Assembly (NCBI RefSeq): GCF_963921235.1
Contig: NC_086097.1
Coordinates: 199,704,001-199,768,000, forward strand
Reading direction: 5' to 3'
Origin: Mobula hypostoma
Taxonomy: Eukaryota
DNA: 64,000 bases
This document shows, piece by piece, positions 11,375 to 25,139 of this stretch. A model generated the notes under the pieces. The model had not been told where the DNA came from. It was given only the letters and a program-made list of their open reading frames with translations, and made no database searches. The position numbers and the translations under genes were made by a program. Position 1 is the stretch's first letter, and each line of letters opens with the position of its first letter.

Positions 11375-12020
11375 TGTGCTTGGAGGCAGAGGATTTGGGC
11401 AAGGTTCTAACTGAGTACTTTGCATCAGTACTCAAGTAGAAGGACATGAAGGAGAGTGAGATCAGTGTCCAGCATGCCATTTGATATAAAGACAGAGGTA
11501 ATGTTCAGTTTCTTCAAGTGTGAGTTGTTGGACTTTGGGAGATCTTGGGGTAAACAGAACGTATTTGACGGTTATTCTTGTCTGTTGGCAACCATACCCC
11601 CACCACCACCGGTCGGCCGGTCCGCAGTGCAAAAAAGGTTGGGGGCCCCTGCATTATAGGAAGGGTGTGCAGGCTTTAGCGAGGGTGCAGAAAAGGTTTA
11701 CCAGGATAATTCTGCATTAGAGGGCCAATGTTATAAGGAAAGCATGGACAAACTTGGGTTGTTTTCTGTGGAGCGGCAAAGGCGGAGAGAAGATCTGATT
11801 AAAGTCTATAAAATTATGAAAAGCATAGATATAGCAGTTAACCAATGTCATCTTCCTAGGGTGGAGATAATACCAAAGGATATGCATTAAAGGTGAGAGG
11901 AGGTGTGCAGGGCAAGTTTTTTTCCACATAGAGAGTGTGCTGCCAGGGTAAGTAATGGAAGCAGATATCATAGAGATGCTTAAAAGGCCCTTAGAAAGAC
12001 ACATGAATATGCATCTTACA
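11375..12020 (+). mobile_element. Degenerate, internally deleted CR1 fragment
   Basis: LEAEDLGKVLTEYFASV-like, HYRKGVQALARVQKRFTR and 3' end motifs. Confidence 0.8.
11550..11651 (+). mobile_element. Orphan right end of the Charlie/MER1-like hAT
   Basis: ccggtccgcagtgcaaaaaaggttgggggcccctg matches 42373-42407; followed by cattatag (nnnTAnnn). Confidence 0.8.
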
Positions 12021-12561
12021 GGCAAAAGGTTGATCTCTTTTGCTGAGCAGGTATTCAGCTATGTAAGACTAAGAAGACATTTTAGCTGGAATTTTGATTT
12101 CTGGAAAAAAAACAGTGCAAGCACTAAATGCACATTGATCCATTAATCCAGCATGCTCAGAAATTTGGTAGTGCTTGACTTATTATTGTTACTGAAGATG
12201 TTATATCAACTATTACCCCAATGCACTTTAATTCAGTTTTAAACAGAAGTATTTATATTTCCCAGTAAACAGAGAGTTTAAAGGGAATGCAGAAACTGAG
12301 GCTCCAATGTGTGAAATAGGTGCTGCTTGTCAGTGAGTATGGGAACCAAAGCTCTGGCATGTCAGAGGAAGTGCAGTAAAAATTCTTAGTGAGCTTGATG
12401 TCGAATAGTTGGGATTTTGGAATACTGACAGCAGATTATTGAACTTTCTCCGGAACAGTTTTTTTTGTAGACTTTCTTTCACAGCAAGTGCACAAGGACT
12501 CTCAACATAATTACCAGTGTGCATTGCTACTTGCATAAGAAATATGCACTGCTTTGCATAC

Positions 12562-12636
12562 CTTATTTTAGAGCTTAAAACACTACAGTGTTGACAAATC
12601 AGACACAGGTGATTTAGAATATCTTGCAAATTATAT
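12562..12636 (-). other. Candidate exon (75 nt)
   Basis: Donor AAG|gtatgc; weak acceptor; open frame YNLQDILNHLCLICQHCSVLSSKI, phase 2-2. Confidence 0.25.
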
Positions 12637-13809
12637 CTGACATTTATTTATACACAGACCACTAAAACTCTGAAACGTATAGACATAGAACATTTATAAT
12701 ACGGTACAGACCCTTTGGCCCACAATGTTGTGCTAACCTTTTAATCTATTTCAAGAGCAAATTAATTACATATAGAATTTGATAGCTCTCCGTTTATCAG
12801 ATTCCTTACAACTATTAATGTGTGTCTGTTTATTTCTGATAAAAGTGGAATGTTTAAAACAATGAGCCCATCTAATTTAATTTTGATCAAAGTTTGAATT
12901 CTTCAGCCCTTTCTTTTCAAAAATAAATTGTAGCACCAGTGACAGCTTCAAGGGCATAAGGATGATGGAGCATTAATGGTCCCGATTTCTTAAGTAAAAA
13001 TCATGGTGCCAAAACAGGAGTAATTTTCATTTGGTCAGTGCTAAAACTTCACTCACATTTTACAAGATTGAGACTATTCTAAAAATTACAAAATTGGAGC
13101 TCTCATGGAGATAAAAGTATCATGAGGGTGCTGTCAAAAATATGACAGACCTATATTGCTTTCTAATCTTTCTAAGTCTGCTGGAGGTAATCAAAATATG
13201 GTTACAGTCGAAACGCTGTAAAATACTGATTATAGATAAGTTCACAATAATGAAACAGTCTGTCATGGGTTGCAGCTACAAACCAGACTCATGAATTTGT
13301 TGTATTTTTTCATTTGATAAGATACATGCTTTCTGAATTTTAATGTTAGGACTTATATTTTCTAAATATCTGTACTAAAGCCTGATGCAAACATACAATT
13401 TATTCCATATGTGGTTGACGATATGACAACACATCTATGTTAACTGGCAAACAAATGAATTAATTCTGTCATCATCTGTGTTATGGATAAACTATAGCGG
13501 AAATATACTTACTCCCAATACCAATTTTCTTTGTTTCAACAATTACAGCAAAATGGTGCTGCATTAGAAATGAATGTGTATGATCATTTCTATTGTACTT
13601 ATATGATACAAGCAAGAATCAATAAGATCATTAAAGCTCATGTTTCAGTATTTCTACTGGCAAGGGCATTCCATGAGGAATTATTTCTGATGAGAAAATC
13701 AAAATATTATATATCAAAATTCAAAGTAAATTTATAATCAAAGCATATATTTGCTACAGCAAAAAAGAGCTTTGACCAGCAACCAATATGTGTTTGGGAT
13801 TGATTGACA

Positions 13810-16800
13810 AAAGCAAATTAAAGGAAGGCAGGGGCAAGTGCAGCAGCCGTTGTTTGAGTGGACATAGTCATATTGTTGATCTTGAGGCTTCAGTCAGAGA
13901 AGGCAAAGGAAAGAAAAGCTTAAGGTTATTTTTTTCCCTTCCCTTCTTTATAATAAGACCATAAGTCAAAGGAACAGAAGTGGACCATTCGGCCTATCAA
14001 GTCTGCTCCACTATTTTATCATGAGCTGATCCATTTTCCCTTTTAGACCCACTCCCCCTTCTCACCATAACCTTTGATGCCCTGGTTACTCAGATACCTA
14101 TCAATCTCTGCCTTAAATACACCCAATGACTTGGCCTCCACTGCTGCCTGTGACAACAACAACAACCATAGATTCATCACCCTCTGGCTAAAAATTTTTT
14201 TTCACATTTCTGTTCTGAATGGGCACCCTTCAATCCTTAAGTCATGCCCTCTTGTACTAGACTCCCCCATCATGGGAAACAACTTTGCCACATCCACTGT
14301 CCATGCCTTTCAATATTCGAAATGTTTCTCTGAGGTCTCCCCTCATTCTTCTAAACTCCAAGGAATACAGTCCAAGAGCGGACAAACATTCCTCATATGT
14401 TAACCTGCTAGTGTCCCTTTCCAGTCAACTTTGGCCAGTTCCTCTCATGCCAGTATAATTTCCTTTACTCCACTGAAATACGGACACATCAGATTTTGGC
14501 TTCTCTTTCTCAAATTTCACAGTGAACTCAATCATGTTATGACCACTGCCTCCTAAGGCTTCCTTCACCTCAATCTCTCTAATCACCTCCAGTTCATTAC
14601 ACAATACCCAATACAGTACAGCCGATCCCCTAGTGGGCTCAACAACAAGCTGTTCTGAAAAGCCATCTCGTAGATATTCTACAAATTCTCCCTCTTGAGA
14701 TCCAGTGCTGACCTGATTTTCCCATCCACTCGCATGTTAAAATCCCCTACAATTATCATAACACTGCCCTTCTGACAAGCCTTTTCTATTTCCTGTCTGT
14801 ACGGGGGAATTCTCCAAGGGCAAAAAAGAGTTGGTGCCTCGCTCACACCTCTTCCCGTTACCACCTAAGCCTGTTGAGCCAAAGCCCTACACTGCTACCA
14901 CTCACTCCGCTGCCCGCTGTACAAGGTGGTCTCCTTTTTAAACTCTCCGCACTGTCCTGTCTACGTCACACGCCTGCGCAGTCTCCTCCTTCTTGCACTT
15001 GAAGAAGTTTTTTAAAAAACTGCCTTCCTTCAGAATTCAGCTCTCATGCTGCTCTTCTCGTCCCGATCCAAAAACAGCCGTTGGAAATCCCCTTCCTTTT
15101 AATCTGCTCAGCTAGGGCAGTAGAGATGCTGGGCAGCATAGCTGAATGCTCTTCTTGCAGGATATGTGAAGACAGGGAGACCTTCAGTGCCCCTGACAAC
15201 TACAGCTGCAAGAAGTGCTCCCAGCTGCAGCTTCTAATAATCTGCATTAAGGAGTTGGAGCTGGAACTGGATGTGCTCTGGATCATTCGGAGGCTGAGGG
15301 AGTGATAGAGAGGTAGTCATGCCCAAGGAGCAGGACACAGGAAACTGGGTGACATTCAGGAAGGGGAAAGGAGTTAAGAAGCCAGTGCAGAGTACCCCTG
15401 TGGCCATCCCCCACAACAACAGCTATATCTCTTTGGATACTGTCAGGTGGGGGGGGGTTGACCTAATGGCCTCTGTGCTCAGAAGGGAAGTGGGGAGAAG
15501 GGGCAACCGGTGGTGATCGGGGATTTGTCAGTTAGGGGAATGGACAGGAGGTTCTGTGGTGGGCAAGAATAAGATTCCTGGATAGTATGTTGCAGTATGT
15601 TGCCTCCCCGAGTGCCAGGGTCCGGGATATCTCGAATCGAGTCCTCAGCATTCTTAAGTGGGAAGGTGAACAACCAGAAATCATGGTCCATGTTGATACC
15701 AATAACATTGGTAGGACGACTGACGAGGTTCTGCACAGGGAGTTCAGGGAGTTAGGTGCTAAGTTAAAGGGCAGGACCTCCAGGATTGTGAGCTTGTGAT
15801 TGCTACCCGTGTCACATGCTAATAAGGCCAGGTTAGGAAGATTATACAGTTTAATATGTGGCTAAGGATTTGGTGTAGGGGGAAGAGCATCAGATTCTTG
15901 GATGATTGGGTTCTCCCAGAGAAGGTGGGACCTGTACAGAAGGGATGGTTTGCACCTGAACTGGAGGGGGACAAATATCTTAACAGAAAGGTTTCCTACT
16001 GCTGCATGGTGGGGTTTAAACTGAGTTGTGGGGGGATGGGAACCAGAGTGCCAGTACAGTTAGTAGAGAGGTTGTGGAGGCAGCAGTTGGTAAGGCCTCA
16101 GACAAGGTTAGGAATCAAAAGGTTGAGCATGGTGTGACTAGTGTCCTGAGCTGCGTATAGAAGTATCACAGGAAAGGCGGACGATAATGCTGAAGACAAG
16201 GAAGCTGGTTTACAAAAGGAAGCAATGTGTAGTGAGTAGAAACTTGATCAGGGAAAATTGCGGTCAACGGGATGAATTGCTACATAAAAGGTGGACAAAA
16301 TCGAAAAGGGTGATGAATACAGGACTGAAGGTGTTGTATGGAATAAGATAGATGAACTTGCAGCACAGTGGCAGATTAGCACGTATGATGTTGTAGACAT
16401 CACTGAATCATGGTAAAAGAAGATTATAGCTGGGAGCTTAATGCCCAAGGATACACATTGTATCAAAAGGACCAGCAGGAAGGCATAGGGGTTGGTGTTG
16501 CTCTGTTAGTAAAAAATGAAATCAAGTCATTAGAAAGAAGTGTCATAGGGTTGGAAGGTGTTGAATCATTGTGGATACAGCTAAGGAACTACAAGGGTAA
16601 AAAAGACACTGATCAGAGTTTGCTTACAGACCCCAAACTGTAGTAAGAATGCGGTCTGCAAATTACAATGGGAGAAAGAAAATGCATGCCGAAAGGGCAA
16701 TGTTACAATAGTCATGGGGGATTACATGTAGATTGGGAAAATTAGGTTGGTGCTGGATTCCAGGAGAGGGAAATTCTAGAGTGCCTACGAGATGGCTTTT

Positions 16801-18790
16801 TAGAACAGTTTGGCACTGAGCCCACCAGAGGATCAGCTATTCTGGATTGGGCATTGTGCAGTGAAAGAGAATTGCTTAAAGAGTTTAAGGTAAAAGAACC
16901 CTTAGGGGAGAGTGATCATAATATGATTGAATTCACCCTGAAATTTCAGAAGGAGAAGCCAAAGACAGATGTATCAGTATTGCAATGGAGGAAAGAGAAT
17001 TACCGACAAGAGAGAGGAGTTGGCCAGAAGTGATTGGAAGAGAACACTGGCAGGGATGATGGCAGGGCAGCAATGGATGGAATTTCTGGAAGCAAATCAG
17101 AAGGCACAGGATCTATACATCCCAAAGAGGAAGTAGTTTTTGAAGGAAATGATGACACAACCATGCTAACAAGAGAAGTCAAAGCCAACATAAGAGCCAA
17201 GGAGAGGACATTTAATAGACCAAAAATTAGTGGGCGTTAGAATATTGGAAAGCTTTTAAGTACCAACAGAAGGCAACTAAAAAGTCATTAAGATGGTAAA
17301 AATGGAATATGAAAGTAAAATAGCCAATAATATTAAAGAGGATACCAAAGGATTCTTCAGATACATAAGGTGTAAAGAGAGGTGAGAATGTAGATTGGAC
17401 CATTGGAAAACAATACTGGAGAGGTAGTAGTGGGGGACAAGAAAATGGCGGACAAACTGAATAAAAATTTTGCATCAGTCTTCACTATGGAAGACACAAG
17501 CAGTATGGTGGAAGGTGTCAGCGGGCAGGAAGTGTGTTAAGTTACCATAACTATGGAGAAGGTTCTTGGGGAACTGAAAGGTCTGAAGGTAGATGTCACC
17601 TGGACCAGACGGTGTACACCTCAGAGTTCTGAAAGAAGTGGCTGAAGTGATCATGAAGGCATTAGTAATGATCTTTCAAGAATCATTAGATTTTGGAATG
17701 TTTCCAGAAGACTGGAAAATTGGAAATGTCACTCCATTCTTCAAGAAGGGAGAGAGGCAGAAGAAAGGAAACTATAGGCCAGTGAGTCTGACCTGAGGAT
17801 GGGAAGATGTTGAAGTCCATTATAAAGCATGAGGTCTTAAGGTACTTGGAGGCACATGATAAAATAGGCCTTCCTGACGAATCTGTTGGAATTGGTTGAT
17901 GTTGCATAATGGATTTTCAGAAGGCCTTTGACAAAGTGCCACACTTGAGGCTGCTTAACAAGCTATGAGCCCACGGTATTACAAGAAAGATTCTAGCATT
18001 GATAAAGCAGTGGCAAATTGGCAGGAGGCAAAGATTGAGAATAAAGGAAGCCTTTTCTGATTGGCTGCCAGTGACTCGTGGTGTTCCACAGAGGTCTCTG
18101 TTGGGACCAATTCATTTTACACTGTACGTCAATGATTTAGATGATGGAATTGATGGCTTTGTTACAAAGTTTGCGGACGATATGAAGATAGATGGAGGGG
18201 CAGGTAGTTTTAAGGAAGTAGAGAAGCTTTATAAAGCATTGGCGAGGCCTCATCTGGAGTATTGTGTGCAGTTTTGGGCCCTTTTTCTTAGAAGGATATG
18301 CTGAAGGTGGAGAGGGTTCAAATGAGGTTCATGAAAAATGATTCCAGGATTGAAGGGCTTGTCGTATGAAGAGCATTTTGGGGCTATGTGTCTGTATTCA
18401 CTCAAATTGAGAAGGATTATGGGTGACCTCATCGAAACCTATCGAGTGGTGAAAGGGTTTGATAAAATGGATGTGGAGAGGAAGGTTTCTATGGTGGGAG
18501 AGTCTACGACCAGAGGGGACAACCTCAGATTAGAGGGGTGTCCTTATAGAATAGAGATGAGGAGGAATTTCTTCATGCAGAGAGTGGTGAATCTGTGCCA
18601 CAGGCTGCTGTGGAGGCCAAGTCTATGTTTAAGACAGAGGTTGATTGATTCTTGATTGGTTCAGGGCATGAAAGGATATGGGGAGAAGGCAGGAGATTGG
18701 GGCTGAGGGGGAAATTGAATCAGCCATGATGAAATGGTAGAGCAGACTTAATTGGCCAAGTGGCCTAAAACTGATCCTATATCTTATGGT
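13810..18790 (+). mobile_element. Near full-length degenerate CR1 (5' UTR, ORF1 zinc finger + esterase-like domain, ORF2 APE-RT, 3' UTR)
   Basis: ORF1 CSSCRIC..CKKCSQLQLL and PSARVRDIS..MVHVDTNNIGR; ORF2 SPGPDGVH..NYRPVSLT, GVPQ..FADDMK; many disablements; interrupted at 13954-15087. Confidence 0.9.
13954..15087 (-). mobile_element. Internally deleted CR1 derivative: 5' UTR + APE fragment + 3' end
   Basis: 3' end ~13954-14405, APE piece (IIVGDFNM) ~14406-14797, 5'-UTR-like ~14798-15087; imperfect cccttc(c)ttt(t/a)taat flanks. Confidence 0.75.
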
Positions 18791-18794
18791 CTTA

Positions 18795-19180
18795 TATATA
18801 TCACCATATACAATCCTGAGATTCATTTTCTTGCAGACAATCACAGTAACTACAAGAAGCTCAATAGAATTGATGGAAGACTGCACCCAGCAGGGTGAGC
18901 AAGCAACCAATGTCCTAAAAGTACAACAAATTGTGCAAATACAAAATGAAAGAGAATAATTAATAAATAAATAAATAAGAAAGAAAGAAAGAAATATCGC
19001 AAATATGAGATGCGGAGTCTTTGAAAGTGATTCCATAGGTTGTGGCAACAGTTCACCGAATGGGCAAGTGGACCTGAGTGAAGTTATCCCTGTTGATTCA
19101 ATAGCCTGATCACTGAGGGGTAATAACGATTCCTGAACCTGGCAGTACGGGTCTTGAAGCTCCTGTACCTTCTTCCTGTG
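18795..19180 (-). mobile_element. Rex1/Babar-type 3' end fragment
   Basis: Homologous to 34490-34860 (RYRSLR..TSRFRNSYYP end plus 3' UTR). Confidence 0.75.
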
Positions 19181-20041
19181 TATATGTATGCTAACAAAAC
19201 ATCAAATTATGTAGATACCTGCTTTAATTCAAAAAAAGATCAAGAAAGGAAAATGTGCCTTTTATTAATATTATTTTCGTAAACAAATTTAATAATTTAT
19301 AGGAATTTACTCATTGGGTATATTTTCTTCAAGTTTTGATAAATTCTTTGTTAATTTTAATGCTTAATAAAACTCTCTACATATTAAACTCTAAACACAT
19401 TTTTCTGTGTACACTCTTTTGTGCTTTACACACTGAAATCCAGAAATCTCCAACAATACACATACTTTATCAAGATGTAGCATACATAATTTTTTTCATT
19501 TCAACATTGATAATGCTTCTCAAGATGAAATGAAAATAACAGGCTGTTGCAGTAAATGTCTCGTGCGAGGCAGGGACTGGCCCGTGTAAGGAGTATTGCA
19601 GCCCCTTCCACTTGTTCCCATTTAGCTGATGACATCATGGTAGGGTTTATATCTAGCACACGGTAAGCATGTGGTCTTTTCTGCTCTCGAGTCACCATGG
19701 ACTAGGTAGACAAGGTGCCGTGGATATGGCAGACAGTGGGGTTGTGCTGCAGTGCAAGGGGCCCAGGTGCACACTCCTGGTAAGTATTTGTCATTGTATG
19801 CCTAGTTAATATCTGTTTTTCCCTTCCACTTCAGGCACTCAGTTTAGATAAGTATCTGCAACCAAGTTTGGCTTGAAGGGTTTGCGGAATGTGAAGTGTC
19901 TGTTTTGTCTTGTAAATAAACCATTAACTTTACTGGTAGTGAGTGTCTTCTGTTCTCACTCAGCAAACTGGCAAACCTGATTTCCCACAACACATGCACA
20001 TGAAAATTTCTCTGTAAAAGTAAATACCATTCATGCCTTAC

Positions 20042-20080
20042 CTGTAAAACCAGAAGTCCCCATGTTTCATGAACTGCCAC
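20042..20080 (-). other. Candidate exon (39 nt)
   Basis: Acceptor tttccatactcag| and strong donor CAG|gtaagg; frame WQFMKHGDFWFY is phase-compatible with 12562-12636. Confidence 0.35.
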
Positions 20081-21784
20081 CTGAGTATGGAAACATTCAA
20101 TCACCTGCTACTCAGCAAGTTGGGTGATTATGTTATATTACTGGATGGTTAAAATTCATGTTCTATGAGGAATTATCAAATTACATCCAGAAAAAAACTT
20201 TCTGCATGTAGAGGATGAATATGTTGTATTTAAAACTGGACTTCATGTAGGACTGACCTGCAATAATTTAATGTGATGTATAAATAATACATTCAGACAA
20301 AGAAAGCCTCAAACTTTTCAGAGTGTCCAGGGGTTTGGCACAGGGAGAATGGATTACGGAAATGGAAGACAAGAATTTGATCAATATTGGCCCGAGGGCT
20401 ATATGGAAACAAATACAATAATCAATGGATGAATGACATCAACATTGCTTTCATCCCCTTTGCTTTCTTCCTTTGCAGGATCAAGCATAATGAGTTATAG
20501 ATTTTAACAAAGCAGACATAATAACTGGAAATTGTCTTTTAAAGTCATAGAAACAGGCCTTTCAGCACATCTAGTCTGTGTCCAAATATTTATCTGCCTA
20601 GTGTCATCGATCCGCACCTAGAACCCTCCCTTTCTATCCATGTACCTATCCAAATTTCTCTTAAATTTTGAAATCAAAACCCGCATTCACCACTTGCAGT
20701 GGTGGCTTGTTCCACAATCTCACTACCCTCTGAGTGAAGTTCCCCCTCATGTTCTCCTTAAACATCTCACCTTTCACCCTTAACCCAAGACCTCTGGTTG
20801 TAGCCCCACCCAATCTCAGTAGAAAAAGACTGCTTGTATTTACCTTATCTATACTCCTAACTCTCAATCTTTTATGTTCTAGGGAATAAATTCTTAACCT
20901 ATTCAACCTTTCCCTATAACTCAGATCCTCAAGTCCTGCCAACATTCTTGTAAATTTTCTCTGCACTCATTCAATCTTATTTACATCTTTCCTACAGGTA
21001 GATGACCATAACTGGACACAATACTCCAAATTAGGCCTTACCAACATCTTATAAAATGTCAACATAATATCCCAACTCCTGTACTCAATACTTAGATTTA
21101 CGAAGGCCAATATGCCAAAAGCTTTCTTTATGATCATATCAACCTGTGATGCCATTTTCAAGGAGCTATGGATCTGCATTCCCAGATCCCTTTGCTCTAC
21201 CACACTTCTAAGAGCCCTCCCACTCACCATGTAAGACCTACATTGGTGGGTCCTCCCAATGTACAACATCTCACACTTGTCTGCATTAAATTCCGTTGAC
21301 ATTTTTTCAACCTATTTTTCCATCTAGTCCAGATCCCACTGTAGGCTTTGATAGTCTTCCTTGCTCACCACTACACCCTCAATCTTGGTGTCACCCCACA
21401 AATTTGCTGATCCAATTTACCACAATATCATCCAAATCATTGATAGTGATGATAAACATTAATGGACCCACCTGCGGCACTCCACTAGTTACAGGCCTCC
21501 AGTCAGAGAGGCAACCATCTACTAACACTCTCTGGCTTCTCTCACAAAGCCTATGTCTAATCCAATTTACTACTTCGTCTTGAATGCCAAGTGACTGAAC
21601 CATCTTGACCAACATTCCATGAAGCACCTTGTCTAAGGTCATGCTAAAGTCCATGTAGACAACATCCACTGCCCTGCCTTCATCATCTTTCATCTCTCCT
21701 TCAAAAAGCTCTGTAAAAAGAGTTAGACATGATTTACCATGCACAAAGCTGTGTTGGTTGTCCCAAATTATGCATTTTTTTATT

Positions 21785-21995
21785 AACACACAGCATGAAG
21801 TTGGTCCTACCAGCCCTTCAAGCTTCAATCCCCCAATTTAACCCTAGCCTAACCATGAGGGAATTTACAATTTTAGTGACAAAGTAACCTACTAACTGGT
21901 GCGTCTTTTGAATATACGAGGAAACTGGAGCACTGGGAGGGAACCCAAGTGGAAACAGTGAGAATGTATAAACTCCTCACAGGCAATGGCAGGAG
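21785..21995 (-). mobile_element. Truncated V-SINE (HE1-like)
   Basis: V-domain remnant GGAGTTTATACATTCTCAC...GGGTTCCCTCCCAGTGCTCCAGTTTCCTC on the minus strand. Confidence 0.75.
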
Positions 21996-23909
21996 ACCCT
22001 GCCTATCCAAATACTTACATATCCACTCCCTTACAGTACCTTCCAACAACCTTCCCAGTACTGATTTCAGGCTTACTATCCTATAATTTACAGAGTTATT
22101 CTTAGAGCATTTCTGAAACGACAGAACATTAGCTATCCCCTAATACTCTGACAGCTCAAACGCGGCTAAGGATATTTTAAACACCTCTGCAAAGGTCCCT
22201 GCAGTTTCTGTACTGGCTTCCCACGGGGTCTGAAGGAACACCTTATCTAGCCCTGAAGAATTATTCACCTTAATTTGCCACAAAACAGCAAAAACCACCT
22301 CCGCCGTAATCTGGATACAGTCCATTACCTCACTGCTGCATTGCCTCACATCCATAGACTCCATATCCATCTTCCAGGTAAACACAGATACAAAAAAATC
22401 CATTTAAGATCTCCCATACCTATCTCGGCTCCATATATTGGTTGCAGCTCTGGCCTTCCAAAAGATCAATTTTGTCCCTTGTTATCATTTTGTTCTTAAT
22501 ATATCTGTAGAAGCCCTCAGGGTTTTTCTTCACTTTGTCTGCTGGAGCAACCTCATGACTTCTTTTAACCCTCCTAATTTACTGCTGAGTGTTCTCTTGC
22601 ATTTCTTATACTCCTGAAGTACCTCATTTGTTCTTACCTACCTGTAGCTGCTATGCATCTCCATTTTCTTTACCAGGGCCTCAACCAGTTATTCTTGCTG
22701 TTTATTCTGAAGGGAAGATACAGATTCTATAGTCTTAAAATTTCACATTTGAAGGCCTCCCACTTACCAAATACACCTTTGCCGGAAAACATCCAGTTCC
22801 AATCCACACTTGCCAGATCCATTCTCACACCATCAAAACTGGCCTTTTTCCAATTTAGAATCGTATCCCAGGGGCCAGACCTATTCTTTCCCATAATTGC
22901 CTTGAAACTAATGGCATTACCATCACTAGATGCAAAGTGTTTCCCTAGATAAACCTCTGTCAGCTGGCCTGTCTCATTCCCGAATAGGAAATCTAGTATC
23001 ACACTCTCTCTGGTTGGGACTTTTATGTACTGAAACTGTCCAGAGCACAGTTAACAAAATCTTTCCCACCCAGACTTATTACTGTATAAGATCCACAGTC
23101 AATACGTGGAAAGTTAAAAACATCCACTATCAGAACCCTACGTTTTTTGCAAAAAGGTGCAATCTCTCTGCAGATTTGCTCTTCTAAGTCTGCCAACTGT
23201 TGGGTAGTCTATAATGTAACCCCATTAACATGATCATATCTTTCTGATTCCTCGGTTCTAACCACAAAGAAGCACTAGACGAGCTCTCCTGTCTGCCATG
23301 ACATTTTCCCTGAGTAGTAAGGACATCCCTCCTGCTATGTCACGATAAAAACAATGGACCCCTGAACATTGAGCTGGCAATCCTGCCCCTCCTGCAACTA
23401 AGATTTCCTAATGGCTACAACATCATAATTCCAGGTGTTGGTCCATGCCCTTTCCTACAAATACTCCTTGCATTGAAATATACGCAGCTCATCTTTCCTA
23501 TAAATCCAGTTCAGAGCTTAAGTTCCACCATGTTCGACCTTTCCATTCCTGACTTTGTACTTAGGCTTAAGAACAACTTTCTCCACAACCATTCCACTGC
23601 CTGTTCTGCTTTGGTTCCCATCCCCCTGCAATTTTAGTTTAACCCCCACCCATCCTGTGCAGCACTAGCAAACCCTTCCACTCCAGATCAGGTGCAAACT
23701 GTCCCTTCTGTACACATTCCACATTCCCTGGAATAGAGCCCAAAAGTCTAAAAATCTGAAATCTCCCTCCTGCATCATCCCCTTAGCCACATGTTAAACT
23801 GCATTGGCTGATCACTCTCCCACTTAAGAATGCTGAGGACTCGATCTGAGATGTCCCTGATCCTGGCACCTGGGAGGCAATGTACCATCTGGGAGTCTCG
23901 TTCTCATCA

Positions 23910-24465
23910 GGGGCACAGTAGCGTAGTTGTTAGCACAACACTTTACTGTGCAGGCGACCAGGTTCAATTCCCAGCATTGCCTGTAAGGAGTTTGCACATT
24001 CTCCCTGTGACTGGTTGGGTTTCCTCCGGGTGCTCCAAAGACGTACCAATTGGTAGGCTAATTAGTTATTGTAAATTGTCTTGTGATTAAGTCGGGGGCC
24101 GGAAGGGCCTACTATATGCTGGATCCTTTCTTTGGCATCCGTTAGTCTCATGAGACCATGGATTTGCGCCTTGGAAGGTTTCCAGGGCGCAGACCTGGGC
24201 AAGGTCGTATGAAAGACCAGCAGTTGCCCATGCTGCAAGTCTCCCCTCTCCACGCCACCGATGTTGTCCAAGGGAAGGGCATTAGGACCCATACAGCTTG
24301 GCACCAGTGTCATTGCAGAGCAATGTGTGGTTAAGTGCCTTGCTCAAGGACACACACGCTGCCTCAGCCAAGGCTCGAACTAGCGACCTTCAGATCACTA
24401 GACGAACGCCTTAAACACTTGGCCACGTGCCAACACAACGCGCTGAATCCCAATAAATTAAAAAA
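23910..24465 (+). mobile_element. V-SINE (HE1-like), tail interrupted by the RTE-tailed SINE
   Basis: tRNA-like head (TAGCGTAGTTG, GGTTCAATTCC), V-domain GGAGTTTGCACATTCTCCCTGTG...GGGTTTCCTCCGGGTGCTCC, CR1-like tail CCGGAAGGGCCT. Confidence 0.85.
24127..24436 (-). mobile_element. tRNA-headed SINE with RTE-like body and tail (copy 2)
   Basis: Colinear with 1916-2225; B box GTTCGAGCC; tail GAGACTAACGGATGCC. Confidence 0.9.
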
Positions 24466-25139
24466 ACCCTCCTTTCTTTTCCTCTAACCAAAGAATCTCC
24501 TATCACTGCAGCCTGCCTCTCCTCCCCACTTCTGAGCCTCAGAGCCAGACTCAGAGCCAGAGACCTAACCGCTGAGACTTTCCTCTGCTTGGACATCCCT
24601 CCAACGATGTCCAAAGCAGTATAATTACTGTTGATGAGAACAACCGCAGGGGTACACTACACCAGCTGCCTAACCCCTTTCCCTCTTCCTGACGGTCATG
24701 CAGTAACCTATGTCCTGCAGTTTGGGTCAACTACCTCCCTGTATGTTCTGTCTATCAACCACTCAACTTCCCGAATGATCTTGAGTTCATCCAGTTCCCG
24801 TTCAAACTCCTTAATACGCTCTGGTAGAAATTGCAGCTGGATGCATTTCTTGCAGGGGTTGTAGTCAGAGGCTAGAGGTCTCCCTACCTTCCCACATCCC
24901 ACAAGAGGAGCATTCCACTATCCGGCCTGGCATCCCCACTGCTCTAAATGTGCAAAAAGAAAGAAAGAAAGAATAGATAATGATTTTTTTAAATCTACCT
25001 ATGGCCTACACATCTCCTAAGCCCCAATGTCCCATAGCCTCAACTCCCCACTGTAACACTGGCCCACTCACACAGTAGCCACTCTCAGAATGTCTGCTTC
25101 ACTTAAACCTAACTTTTTATCAACCCATGCCAACTGCTT

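Noticed and set aside
7100..13800. Intronic C/D-box snoRNAs in the unique regions
   Set aside because: No properly spaced RTGATGA...CTGA pair with a terminal stem was found by eye; a covariance-model search would be needed to exclude them.
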